In this document: one piece after another, positions 49,310 to 57,810 of the stretch
Position numbering within the stretch: the stretch's first letter is position 1
Layout: each line of letters starts with the position of its first letter
DNA from: a virus
Direction: 5' to 3' (one strand)
DNA: 64,000 nucleotides
IMG/VR virus record: IMGVR_UViG_3300035670_000113
Span: 1 to 64,000 of that record
Program-made: the position numbers and the translations under genes
The notes under the pieces: generated by a model
The model's database searches: none
Seen by the model: only the letters and a program-made list of their open reading frames with translations
Told to the model about the DNA's origin: nothing

Positions 49310-49366
49310 GGACTTCATACAGCAACTAATAAATTTTTTCATTTGGAGAAAAAAAACCGAAGTCCG
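49310..49366 (+). ncRNA. ACAGCAA module 2
   Basis: GGACTTC-AT-ACAGCAA...TTTTTC-ATTTGGA-GAAAAA...GAAGTCC-G. Confidence 0.7.
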
Positions 49367-49371
49367 TATTT

Positions 49372-49484
49372 GCCGAGATAGCTCAATGGTAGAGCACTAA
49401 AAAATTTTAGTCAGTAGATTAGTATCAGCAATAACTATAACCTTTGCAGGGTAGTGGTTCTAGGTTCGACTCCTAGTCTCGGCA
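49372..49484 (+). ncRNA. tRNA body with a circularly permuted CAGCAA module inserted in the anticodon arm
   Basis: GCCGAGA/TCTCGGC acceptor, canonical D and T arms; insert TTAGTC-AG-TA-GATTAG-TA-TCAGCAA; ACC-TTTGCAG-GGT loop. Confidence 0.75.
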
Positions 49485-49613
49485 CTAGTCACATAGGAAT
49501 ATGTGACTCCCACAAGCCCATTGGCGGTGCAAACCAATTAAAAAACACTTCAGAGTTTTTACCGCATAGATTTTCTCAAGGACAAAAAAATCTATGCACA
49601 CTTATATAGATTT

Positions 49614-49684
49614 GAGGCTATGGTCTATGGGTTGGGCCTCTGCCTTCCAAGCAGATGAACTGAGTTCGAGTCTCAGTAGCCTCT
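49614..49684 (+). tRNA. tRNA-Gly(TCC)
   Basis: Loop CTTCCAA. Confidence 0.85.
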
Positions 49685-49691
49685 TAAGTTA

Positions 49692-49770
49692 GATTCCTAA
49701 CAGCAAACACAGGAAAAAAAATTCATTTTGAGAATTATATGTGGTTCAAATCCACAAAGAAAGGAATCAG
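49692..49770 (+). promoter_or_regulatory. ACAGCAA module 4: leader RNA overlapping the RBS of the DUF2828 gene
   Basis: GATTCC-TA-ACAGCAA...AATTC-ATTTTGA-GAATT...TGTGG-TTCAAAT-CCACA...GGAATC-AG, then ATG at 49776. Confidence 0.7.
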
Positions 49771-49775
49771 GAATT

Positions 49776-51197
49776 ATGAACAACCTATTTAAGGCACTTA
49801 CTACAAAAGATACTTACACAGAAAATGGTATGCTAGCACACTCAACAACATCTAATCCACTATTGGACATGTTCTTCAAGATTGGAGCTACAAGACATCT
49901 AAGTGAAGTTGATATTGTAGATATCTTCTCAAAAGCATTTGCATATAATCCGACACTGGCTGTAAGATGCATGTTTTACAATCGTGATATTAGGGGAGGC
50001 CAGGGAGAAAGACGTTCATTCAGAGTCATGCTTGCATGGCTAACACAAAATTATCCTGAAACTGCTATAAACATCATTAAGTACGTTCCAGAATATGGTA
50101 GATGGGATGACCTTTTTTCTACTGTTGGTAATTCAAGAGTTTGGAAGGTAGCAACAGATTTTATTTTATTTAGTCTGAAGGCAGGAGATGCACTTTGTGC
50201 AAAGTGGATGCCTAGAGATAATAAGAAGTACAGAGAAATTGCAAATTATCTGGTAGAGACTTGGGGTATAACTCCAAAGCAGTATAGAAAGCTTATTGCT
50301 GGAAATACTAATGTAGTTGAGAGCCTGATGTGCAATGGATTGTGGAACAAGATTAATTATAACAGTGTTCCATCAAAGGCTTCTAATATCTACAGGAACT
50401 CTTTCAAGAGACACGATACAGAAAGATATAACGAATGGATTGATTCTTTGAGCAAGAAAGATACTACTTCAAAAATCAATGCCGGAGCTATTTTTCCACA
50501 TGATATTGTGAAGCCTTATTATGATGGAAAACCATTAGATAGAACTTTGGAAGAGCAGTGGAAGGCTTTACCAGACTACGTTTCTGAGGGTGTTTCTTTT
50601 CTTCCAATTTGTGATGTATCAGGCTCAATGAGCAGTTACGCAGTACTTGATAAGGCCATCACACTTTCTATTTATCTTGCAGAAAGAAATAAGTCCATCT
50701 TTAAAAATGGGTTTATGACATTCTCTGGAGATGCACACTTTGTACAAATTCATTCAAAATCATTGTATGCTAAGGTACAAGAGGTGCGTAATACTAGAAT
50801 TACTAGTATGTGGGAAAGCAATACAGATTTGACCAATCTTTTTAAAGTCCTTCTAGGACACGCTAGAGACGCTGAAGTGTCTCCAAGTGATATGCCTGAC
50901 ACACTGTTGATTCTGTCAGATATGCAATTTGACCCTTCATGGTATAACAGGAATCAAAGTGCTATGGAAATGATTAAAGAAAGTTACGAGAGATTTGGTT
51001 ATAAGTTCCCTAACATAGTTTTCTGGAACCTAAGATCCTCTGATAATGTTCCTGTGAAGGCAGATACTAAGGGTACTATACTAGTGTCTGGCTATAGTCC
51101 TAGCATTATGAAAAATGTTCTTTCAAATGAGTACACTCCCGTAAACATGATGCTACGTGTATTGAATTCAGATAGGTATAGTAAGATAACTTTATGA
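49776..51197 (+). CDS. DUF2828 / TROVE(Ro60)-like helical-repeat plus vWA protein
   Basis: TENG, RDIRGGQGERR, YGRWDDL, AKWMPR, QWKALPDY, MIDAS DVSGS, SDMQFD, FWNL, SGYSP; start reassigned to ATG 49776. Confidence 0.85.
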   Translation: MNNLFKALTTKDTYTENGMLAHSTTSNPLLDMFFKIGATRHLSEVDIVDIFSKAFAYNPTLAVRCMFYNRDIRGGQGERRSFRVMLAWLTQNYPETAINIIKYVPEYGRWDDLFSTVGNSRVWKVATDFILFSLKAGDALCAKWMPRDNKKYREIANYLVETWGITPKQYRKLIAGNTNVVESLMCNGLWNKINYNSVPSKASNIYRNSFKRHDTERYNEWIDSLSKKDTTSKINAGAIFPHDIVKPYYDGKPLDRTLEEQWKALPDYVSEGVSFLPICDVSGSMSSYAVLDKAITLSIYLAERNKSIFKNGFMTFSGDAHFVQIHSKSLYAKVQEVRNTRITSMWESNTDLTNLFKVLLGHARDAEVSPSDMPDTLLILSDMQFDPSWYNRNQSAMEMIKESYERFGYKFPNIVFWNLRSSDNVPVKADTKGTILVSGYSPSIMKNVLSNEYTPVNMMLRVLNSDRYSKITL

Positions 51198-51559
51198 ATA
51201 ACAACATAGAATCAATTGAAGTTAATATTGATAATGAACTGAGCCTGTATCTAGTATACAGGCTTGGTTCTGCCTTATGCGGGATATGCAAGGTAACACA
51301 CCTTGAAACAGACATTCTTTTTATAGACACCCTTTATGTAGTTCCGTTCTTTAGGGGTAAGGGTATTGGAAAACATCTTGTACAAGCAGTGGTAGATATA
51401 GCGAAAGAAAACAATCTACACGGAGTATCTTTGGGGGTAGATGATTGTTTTTCAGGATTAGGTGCTTTCTACGAAAAGATAGGATTTAAAAGGGTTTATC
51501 AATACCCTAGTGATAATATGCATGCATGCATTTATTCAATTGTACTTGACAAAAACTAA
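51194..51559 (+). CDS. GNAT-family acetyltransferase
   Basis: LYVVPFFRGKGIG, FYEKIGF; ATGA overlap with the DUF2828 gene. Confidence 0.85.
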   Translation: MNNNIESIEVNIDNELSLYLVYRLGSALCGICKVTHLETDILFIDTLYVVPFFRGKGIGKHLVQAVVDIAKENNLHGVSLGVDDCFSGLGAFYEKIGFKRVYQYPSDNMHACIYSIVLDKN

Positions 51560-51574
51560 ATAGTATGGTATAAT
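51546..51574 (+). promoter_or_regulatory. Sigma70-type promoter upstream of polA
   Basis: TTGACA-17-TATAAT with extended -10. Confidence 0.75.
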
Positions 51575-51656
51575 GGGGACGTGGTGGAATTTGGCAGACA
51601 CGCATGCCTTAGGAGCATGTGACTAGTTCGTGAGGGTTCAACTCCCTCCGTCCCCA
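51575..51656 (+). tRNA. tRNA-Leu(TAG)
   Basis: Loop CTTAGGA. Confidence 0.9.
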
Positions 51657-51673
51657 CTACAGAAAGGATTTTT

Positions 51674-53548
51674 ATGTCACTAAATTATATTCAAGACCTG
51701 AAAGGAGTAAGTGATTTTCTCATCAAACTAAATGATAGTGAGGTGTTGGGATTTGATACTGAAACAACAGGTCTTGATCCATTTAATGACAGACTTATAT
51801 TAGTACAGTTTTCATTCAAAAATAATGATGTTTATGTAATAAATGTTAGGAATATAGGTTACGACCATTGTAAGAGTATTTTTGATAAGATAAATCAATT
51901 AAATATAAAACTTATAGCCCACAATGCTACATTCGATATAAAGTTTATATACACGCATTTTGGTATTATGTTAAAGAATGTTCATGATACTATGGTAGCA
52001 GAGGCAATTTTGACAGCGGGACTTGGAAAGTTTAAAATGTCGCTGGCAGAAGTGATACACAAATATATTGGGGTTGAAATAACAAAGGATACAAGAAAGG
52101 ATTTCTTTAACTTTCCAGAGAATTCTGTAGTCTCGTATGAAATGGTAGCATATGCTGGAATAGATGTTATCCATCTTATGAATATATATAAATTACAGAT
52201 GAAAGCAATGGAAGATTCTAAATCTTTAGATGTTTATAATCTGGAAATGATGGTTATTCCAGCTGTAGCCAGCATGGAGATCAATGGTGTATCCATAGAT
52301 GCTGATAAATGGAAGGCATTAGTAGAAAAAGCCGAGATAGATGTAAAAGAACTGGATATAAAGATTAGAGAGTTTTTTGTGGAAAACTCTAAGATTTCTG
52401 GAAAGACATCTTTAGAGGTTGCTCATATGTTTAAGATACCAGTTAAACTAAAAAGAGATATTGAAGCATTAAGTATGATAGTGGATGCTAGCAATATAAA
52501 AAAGTGGTTAGTAGATAACATAAATCTCGGTTCTCCAAAACAACTTAAAACATGCTTACATAATGTTGGTATAAAAGTAGCAGATACAAATGAGAAAACA
52601 CTAAGAAAGTTACCAAAAAATGAAGTTATAGAATTGATATTCAAGTATCGTGAGTATGATAAGAAAATAACATCATTTGGAATGAACATACTAGAGCTTG
52701 TTAATTCTAAGACTGGTAGGATACATACACATTATTCTAGCATAGGAACAGCCACCGGAAGGTTTTCTTCTTCCGTTCCAAACATGCAACAGATTCCATC
52801 AACCAATGACTATAGAAATGCCTTTATAGCTGGTGATGGAAAAAGTTTTGTTGCTATGGACTATTCACAACAAGAGTTAAGGCTTGCAGGAGCAATAAGT
52901 AACGAGGATAAGTTTATCGAAGCTTATATTAATAATACTGACTTGCACCAATTAACAGCATCATTACTTTTTGGTATTCCATTAAACAAGGTAGAAAAAA
53001 GTCAAAGAAGCATAGGCAAGTCTATAAACTTTGCTATTCTATACGGCACAACAGATTATGGTCTTAAATATAATCTTGATGTGTCTATGGAAGATGCAAG
53101 ACGTTTTATTAACAACTTCTATAATGGCTATCCAAAACTGGCAATGTTTAAAGCCTATGCAGAGGAACGTATTATAGAGTTGGGTTTCTCCGTTACCCCA
53201 CTTGGTAGACGCAGATATTTTACACCTAGACCAATGTTTATTACTCCAGATGAACTTGAGAAGTATTATGGAAAACTAAAGCGTGAAGGATTCAATCATA
53301 TTATTCAGGGTAGTGGTGCAGATATAACAAAGATGGCACTGCAGAGAATGTTCTTTGAGAACCCATTCGGAGACAAGTTCAAACTTATTCTTCAAGTACA
53401 TGATGAGATTGTAACAGAAGTTGACGATAGTGTATTAGAAGATGGTATAAAGTTTATGAAGAGTATTATGGAGCAGGTAGAACAGAGATTTTTGGGTAAA
53501 ATTCCAGCAGCAGTTGATTATAAAGTTGGAAAGATGTGGAGTAAATAA
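51674..53548 (+). CDS. polA: Family A DNA polymerase (3'-5' exonuclease plus polymerase)
   Basis: FDTETTG, HNATFD, TGRFSS..PNMQQIP, DYSQQELR, KSINFAILYG, QVHDE. Confidence 0.95.
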   Translation: MSLNYIQDLKGVSDFLIKLNDSEVLGFDTETTGLDPFNDRLILVQFSFKNNDVYVINVRNIGYDHCKSIFDKINQLNIKLIAHNATFDIKFIYTHFGIMLKNVHDTMVAEAILTAGLGKFKMSLAEVIHKYIGVEITKDTRKDFFNFPENSVVSYEMVAYAGIDVIHLMNIYKLQMKAMEDSKSLDVYNLEMMVIPAVASMEINGVSIDADKWKALVEKAEIDVKELDIKIREFFVENSKISGKTSLEVAHMFKIPVKLKRDIEALSMIVDASNIKKWLVDNINLGSPKQLKTCLHNVGIKVADTNEKTLRKLPKNEVIELIFKYREYDKKITSFGMNILELVNSKTGRIHTHYSSIGTATGRFSSSVPNMQQIPSTNDYRNAFIAGDGKSFVAMDYSQQELRLAGAISNEDKFIEAYINNTDLHQLTASLLFGIPLNKVEKSQRSIGKSINFAILYGTTDYGLKYNLDVSMEDARRFINNFYNGYPKLAMFKAYAEERIIELGFSVTPLGRRRYFTPRPMFITPDELEKYYGKLKREGFNHIIQGSGADITKMALQRMFFENPFGDKFKLILQVHDEIVTEVDDSVLEDGIKFMKSIMEQVEQRFLGKIPAAVDYKVGKMWSK

Positions 53549-53889
53549 TGAAAGGCTGTAAAAATTGTTTCGATGGATATTTATCTGAAGAAATAGTAGA
53601 GTATGTTACAGAGGATATGGCTAAAGATGCTGGAGACCCTTCCTTAGCTGGATCTGTTTTTAGAAAGCACATTCATTATTCTTTATGTCCGTGTTGTCAC
53701 GGTAGCTTTGATGCGTGTAAAGCATGTGATACTGAACATTGGGTTAACAGATACAAAAATTGCTCTCCTTATAAATTCCCAATAGAGTTATGGGATAATG
53801 GTAAATGCTCCAGATGTGGTGATACTATTAAAGATACTGGACATGTATGCAAGGATATAATAGCACTTCTTAAAGAAGAGGACAAATGA
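53548..53889 (+). CDS. Cys-rich zinc-binding protein
   Basis: Several CxxC pairs. Confidence 0.55.
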   Translation: MKGCKNCFDGYLSEEIVEYVTEDMAKDAGDPSLAGSVFRKHIHYSLCPCCHGSFDACKACDTEHWVNRYKNCSPYKFPIELWDNGKCSRCGDTIKDTGHVCKDIIALLKEEDK

Positions 53890-54908
53890 CAAAAAGTGAA
53901 ACATTTCTAGATAAAATATTTGAAGAATTTGATGAAAGAGTTGTTGTAAATGAGGAAAGAAAGGTAGACGTAATTCCTACAGGGAGTTTAGCATTGGACA
54001 TGTCCATAGGAATTGGTGGAATACCTAGAGGTAAGATCACAGAAATCTATGGTAGTGAAGGTTCTGGGAAGACCACCCTCGCTCTAAGTATCGTAAAGAG
54101 CTGCTTAAGTATGGGGGAAAAAGCACTATACATAGATGCTGAAAACATGTTGGATTACAGCATGTTAAAGACAATGATTGGAGAAGCCTATGGGCAGGAA
54201 TCTCTTATCATTACTACACCGGAAACAGCGGAAGATGCATTTAGAATGGCGGAACTCGGTCTTGAATCTGGGGATTTTGCACTTGTTATTATAGATTCAA
54301 TAGGTGCTCTAGCCCCTAAAAAGGAAAAAGAGGATGACTTTGCAGATGCCAATGTAGCCCTTGTTCCAAGAATGGTATCAAAATTCTTGAGAAGAAACGC
54401 TACTGGTGCTGTAGCTAGAAACAATGTTGCACTAGTACTTCTTAATCAGGTTAGGGACAAGATAGGTGCATATATGGCATCTTTTGAAACACCTGGAGGT
54501 CACGCCCTAAAACATTTTTCATCCCTTAGAATTTCAATGTCCAGAGGTCAGGAAATCAAGGTAGGAAAAGAGACTGTAGGAATACTAACAAAGTTTACCA
54601 TTAAGAAAAATAAAATGTCAGCCCCATTTAGAGGGTACTTTACTCCAATTCTTTTTGGAAAGGGTATTGATACATATGCTGATGCAGTTGACTTTTGTTC
54701 TATGTTAGGAGTTATAAAGAAAAGTGGTTCCTTCTACAAGTTTGAAGGAGAAACTCTTGGACAGGGTAAAATAGCCTCAGCAGATTATGTAAAGAGTGTG
54801 CCTGGGATGCTTGACAAATTACGTGAAAAGGTGTATAATGTGTTGAATCAGAACACATCCATAGACCTTGAAAATATGGAGGAAGTTGAGGAGGAAGAAA
54901 ATGAATAA
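53886..54908 (+). CDS. recA: RecA recombinase
   Basis: IPTGSLALD, GSEGSGKTT, IDAE, NQVRDKIG, TPGGHALK, KNK. Confidence 0.95.
   Translation: MTKSETFLDKIFEEFDERVVVNEERKVDVIPTGSLALDMSIGIGGIPRGKITEIYGSEGSGKTTLALSIVKSCLSMGEKALYIDAENMLDYSMLKTMIGEAYGQESLIITTPETAEDAFRMAELGLESGDFALVIIDSIGALAPKKEKEDDFADANVALVPRMVSKFLRRNATGAVARNNVALVLLNQVRDKIGAYMASFETPGGHALKHFSSLRISMSRGQEIKVGKETVGILTKFTIKKNKMSAPFRGYFTPILFGKGIDTYADAVDFCSMLGVIKKSGSFYKFEGETLGQGKIASADYVKSVPGMLDKLREKVYNVLNQNTSIDLENMEEVEEEENE
54811..54839 (+). promoter_or_regulatory. Internal sigma70-type promoter near the recA 3' end
   Basis: TTGACA-17-TATAAT. Confidence 0.6.
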
Positions 54909-55251
54909 ATCGCTTTCGGTTGAAAGGTTGTACTCTTTGGGGGACTATAAGAATATTAAATTTTCTGATACAATTACAGATATTCCTGGGCATGTAGCTC
55001 TTGACCAGGATGTTATGAAATTGTTATCTTATTTACAAATAGTGGATATTGAATTATCCTTTAATAGATATAAGGAATTAGTAACCAGAGCTGGAACAGA
55101 GAAGTCTGAAGATATCCTCGCATTTCTGGAGGAAGAAAGAACCCTTACGTTTCAAAATCTGGTTGACAGATTAGCAGATAAACATGGATACGGCGATTCA
55201 GCAAAAGCCGTAGTATTAAAAACACCAGAATAAGAAAAGGAGTATAATAAA

Positions 55252-56031
55252 ATGCCATTCGCAGATACAAAGAAACCAGAGTATTCCAATAATAAAAAGA
55301 CTCAGTTCATGAGTTTGGATGCCGGAACATATTTGGTTAGAATTCTAAACACAGAGGCACATGATACATACACACACTATATCAATAGAGCTACAGTAAT
55401 GTGTCTTGGAGATGATTGTCCAATTTGCAGAAATAATCAGCGTATTATCATGGAAAATCCTGACCATTTCAGGGAAGAGAAGGGATACTCTTCAAAGTCC
55501 AGACGCTATGCTGTAAATGTTCTTGACAAGACACCTGTTAGAATTTGTCCAAAGTGCAACACTGAAAACGTAAATGTACCAGGAAAGTCTCCAGTATGTA
55601 AAGCATGCAATGAGATGCTGGTATCAGTAGAGCTTAAGCCGTCAAATACAGTTAAGGTATTGTCAAAAGGCGTTAGTCTATTTGACCAATTGAATAGTAT
55701 TGATTTGGCAGTTCTAACTGAGACTGGAGAGCCAGTAGGAATTACTAATTATGATATTACGTTTGTTGTAAGTGGGACAGGAAAAAGCAAGTCCATCACT
55801 GCTATTCCAAGTACAAACTCAAATGCACCTATTCCAGATGGACTGGAATTACATGACCTGGAATCCTCAGTTATTAAGCTGACACCAGATGAGATGCTAG
55901 ATGTTCAGAGGGGAGTAACCCTTAAGGACATCTTTGCATCAAGGCGTGCAACATCTCTGGAAAAGGATATTGATAGTTCAGATATCGTAGCTGATGCCAG
56001 GGAACAAGTTCAAAATTTATTTAAGGAGTAG
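55252..56031 (+). CDS. gp32-like single-stranded DNA-binding protein with Zn-ribbon insertion
   Basis: H..C...CPIC, RYAVNVLD, YDITF; acidic tail. Confidence 0.65.
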   Translation: MPFADTKKPEYSNNKKTQFMSLDAGTYLVRILNTEAHDTYTHYINRATVMCLGDDCPICRNNQRIIMENPDHFREEKGYSSKSRRYAVNVLDKTPVRICPKCNTENVNVPGKSPVCKACNEMLVSVELKPSNTVKVLSKGVSLFDQLNSIDLAVLTETGEPVGITNYDITFVVSGTGKSKSITAIPSTNSNAPIPDGLELHDLESSVIKLTPDEMLDVQRGVTLKDIFASRRATSLEKDIDSSDIVADAREQVQNLFKE

Positions 56032-56033
56032 AA

Positions 56034-56237
56034 ATGCCTACAATTGATTACCTTTCCATTGGTGCTATCTTCACAGCAATTTACATTCTTCTAAAGTTCT
56101 TCTGGGCAGATTTCCCTCTAACCCAGGACCTGTTTGTTCAGGTTTGGGTAGCCATTCTTACACTGATTGGTTATAATATTACCGATAAGCCAAGAACAGC
56201 CCTAAAGGGATTTTTACAGAAAAAATTTAGTAAGTAA
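56034..56237 (+). CDS. Small two-TM protein
   Basis: Two hydrophobic helices, basic tail. Confidence 0.55.
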   Translation: MPTIDYLSIGAIFTAIYILLKFFWADFPLTQDLFVQVWVAILTLIGYNITDKPRTALKGFLQKKFSK

Positions 56238-56242
56238 TTAAA

Positions 56243-56318
56243 GGTATGGAATGTGAAAGTCATGTATACGACCTTTTATAGGTACGAGAGATTATAGGTG
56301 CAAATCCTACCCATACTT
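56243..56318 (+). ncRNA. Degenerate tRNA-like element
   Basis: GGTATGG/CCATACT, TAGG-TGCAAAT-CCTA, ACC-TTTTATA-GGT. Confidence 0.4.
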
Positions 56319-56353
56319 ATAGATTAAATCATTATTAAAGGAGGCACTGCCTT

Positions 56354-57421
56354 TTGAAGTACATATATAGTATCATTATAGCACTTGTACTGGTTTTTAA
56401 TACTGTCTCTTATGTAAGTGCAGATGATGGAATGGGGAATGGTGGAAGTCTGCAAAGAATTGTTTCAATAGAAAATAAAATTTTAACAAGAAAAGTAGAG
56501 CATTACTATTATAGTTTAGCAAGACAGGCATGGAACTTTAGACCTTTCTTCAGTATAAAAGCAGAAGATTACAAAGAATATTTTAGTGATGGGTTTCTTG
56601 ATGAAGCCGAGAGAAAATTACTTTACACTAATTATTATTCAGAAATGCCAAAAAGTTTTACATGCAGTGCTACACTTTATGGGTCTGATATAGGGGCTAT
56701 GAGAGAGGTTTTGTCTTATGGAGAATGGATACGCCAGCAAATGTCAAGGGGGTGGGTTCTTATAGGAAGTAGAAACTATGGATACCATGATAGTCTGGAA
56801 AAAGATTTGTCCTTATTTATACAGACCAATTATAGTTATAAAGATGATAGTGATGTTTTATTATCGAAGCAAGCCTCCCCACTTTATTTATATTTTGCGG
56901 ATGGTGGCAGACAAAAAGTTAGAAGGGATATAAAGAACCAGCCTGTTCCAGTAATATACTCTGAATTGAATTCTAGACAGAAAAGAATATATGACTTTAC
57001 ATCAGTAGGTACTGATATTGCCAGACATAGGTTTATATCCACAATTGATTATCAGCAGTCTACGGGAATTATAGAATCTTTAAACAGTGGTAAGTATATA
57101 GGGATTATATCATCAAAGTCTCCCAATGATTTTGGAAGAAGATTTATTTTATTCTTGAATAGAAATAATAGAATAGAATTTTTAGGTATAGTTCTCGTAG
57201 GAGGAGAGGCAAAAAGAGATGACTGGGTGGGATTTGGGAGTCCAACATCAAAATATTTCAAGCAGTTTCCTCTCGGTCTTAGGAATAGTGACGGACTATA
57301 TTGGGGAGCAGATATCCCAGTATCAATCTATGAGTACATTAAGGGTTGTGACGTTAATGATGAGGACTTTTGTTATGGGCCAGCATTAAATTTGATTTTT
57401 ATTGACCCAGATTTGGAGTAA
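56354..57421 (+). CDS. Secreted hypothetical protein
   Basis: GGAGG RBS, TTG start, signal peptide ending VSA-DD. Confidence 0.6.
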   Translation: MKYIYSIIIALVLVFNTVSYVSADDGMGNGGSLQRIVSIENKILTRKVEHYYYSLARQAWNFRPFFSIKAEDYKEYFSDGFLDEAERKLLYTNYYSEMPKSFTCSATLYGSDIGAMREVLSYGEWIRQQMSRGWVLIGSRNYGYHDSLEKDLSLFIQTNYSYKDDSDVLLSKQASPLYLYFADGGRQKVRRDIKNQPVPVIYSELNSRQKRIYDFTSVGTDIARHRFISTIDYQQSTGIIESLNSGKYIGIISSKSPNDFGRRFILFLNRNNRIEFLGIVLVGGEAKRDDWVGFGSPTSKYFKQFPLGLRNSDGLYWGADIPVSIYEYIKGCDVNDEDFCYGPALNLIFIDPDLE

Positions 57422-57810
57422 TATGGAAGAAAATGCAGCTGAGACTTATTATAGGAAGTTGTCTGGAGCCACTAATCCAGCTACAATTTTATGTGATTTC
57501 TATAAAACTATAACAGGAAGGCCCTGGGGAAGATCTGAAATTATCATGTTTAATAAACTGATAAAAATATTCGGAAGGTACACAGTATTTTTTGCAGTAC
57601 TGGATTTAGCAAATGTTCAAGCCCTGTCTGCTTATCCATACAGGCTTTTATTTACAATATGTAAAAATAGGCTTGAAAAAATCAACCAAGTTGACCTTAC
57701 ATCAGCTACATCTACAAACTTGAATAAGAGTGCTGGTGCTATAGAAAAAGAAATAGAGAAATTAAAAAAGACCAAAAAGGTCGTTCACAATATTATAGAA
57801 GAAATGGAAA

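Noticed and set aside
49728-49775. ORF-track TTG start for the DUF2828 gene (and GTG 18791 for the DIP1984-like gene)
   Set aside because: These extensions run through structured leader RNA; RBS positions favour ATG 49776 and GTG 18863
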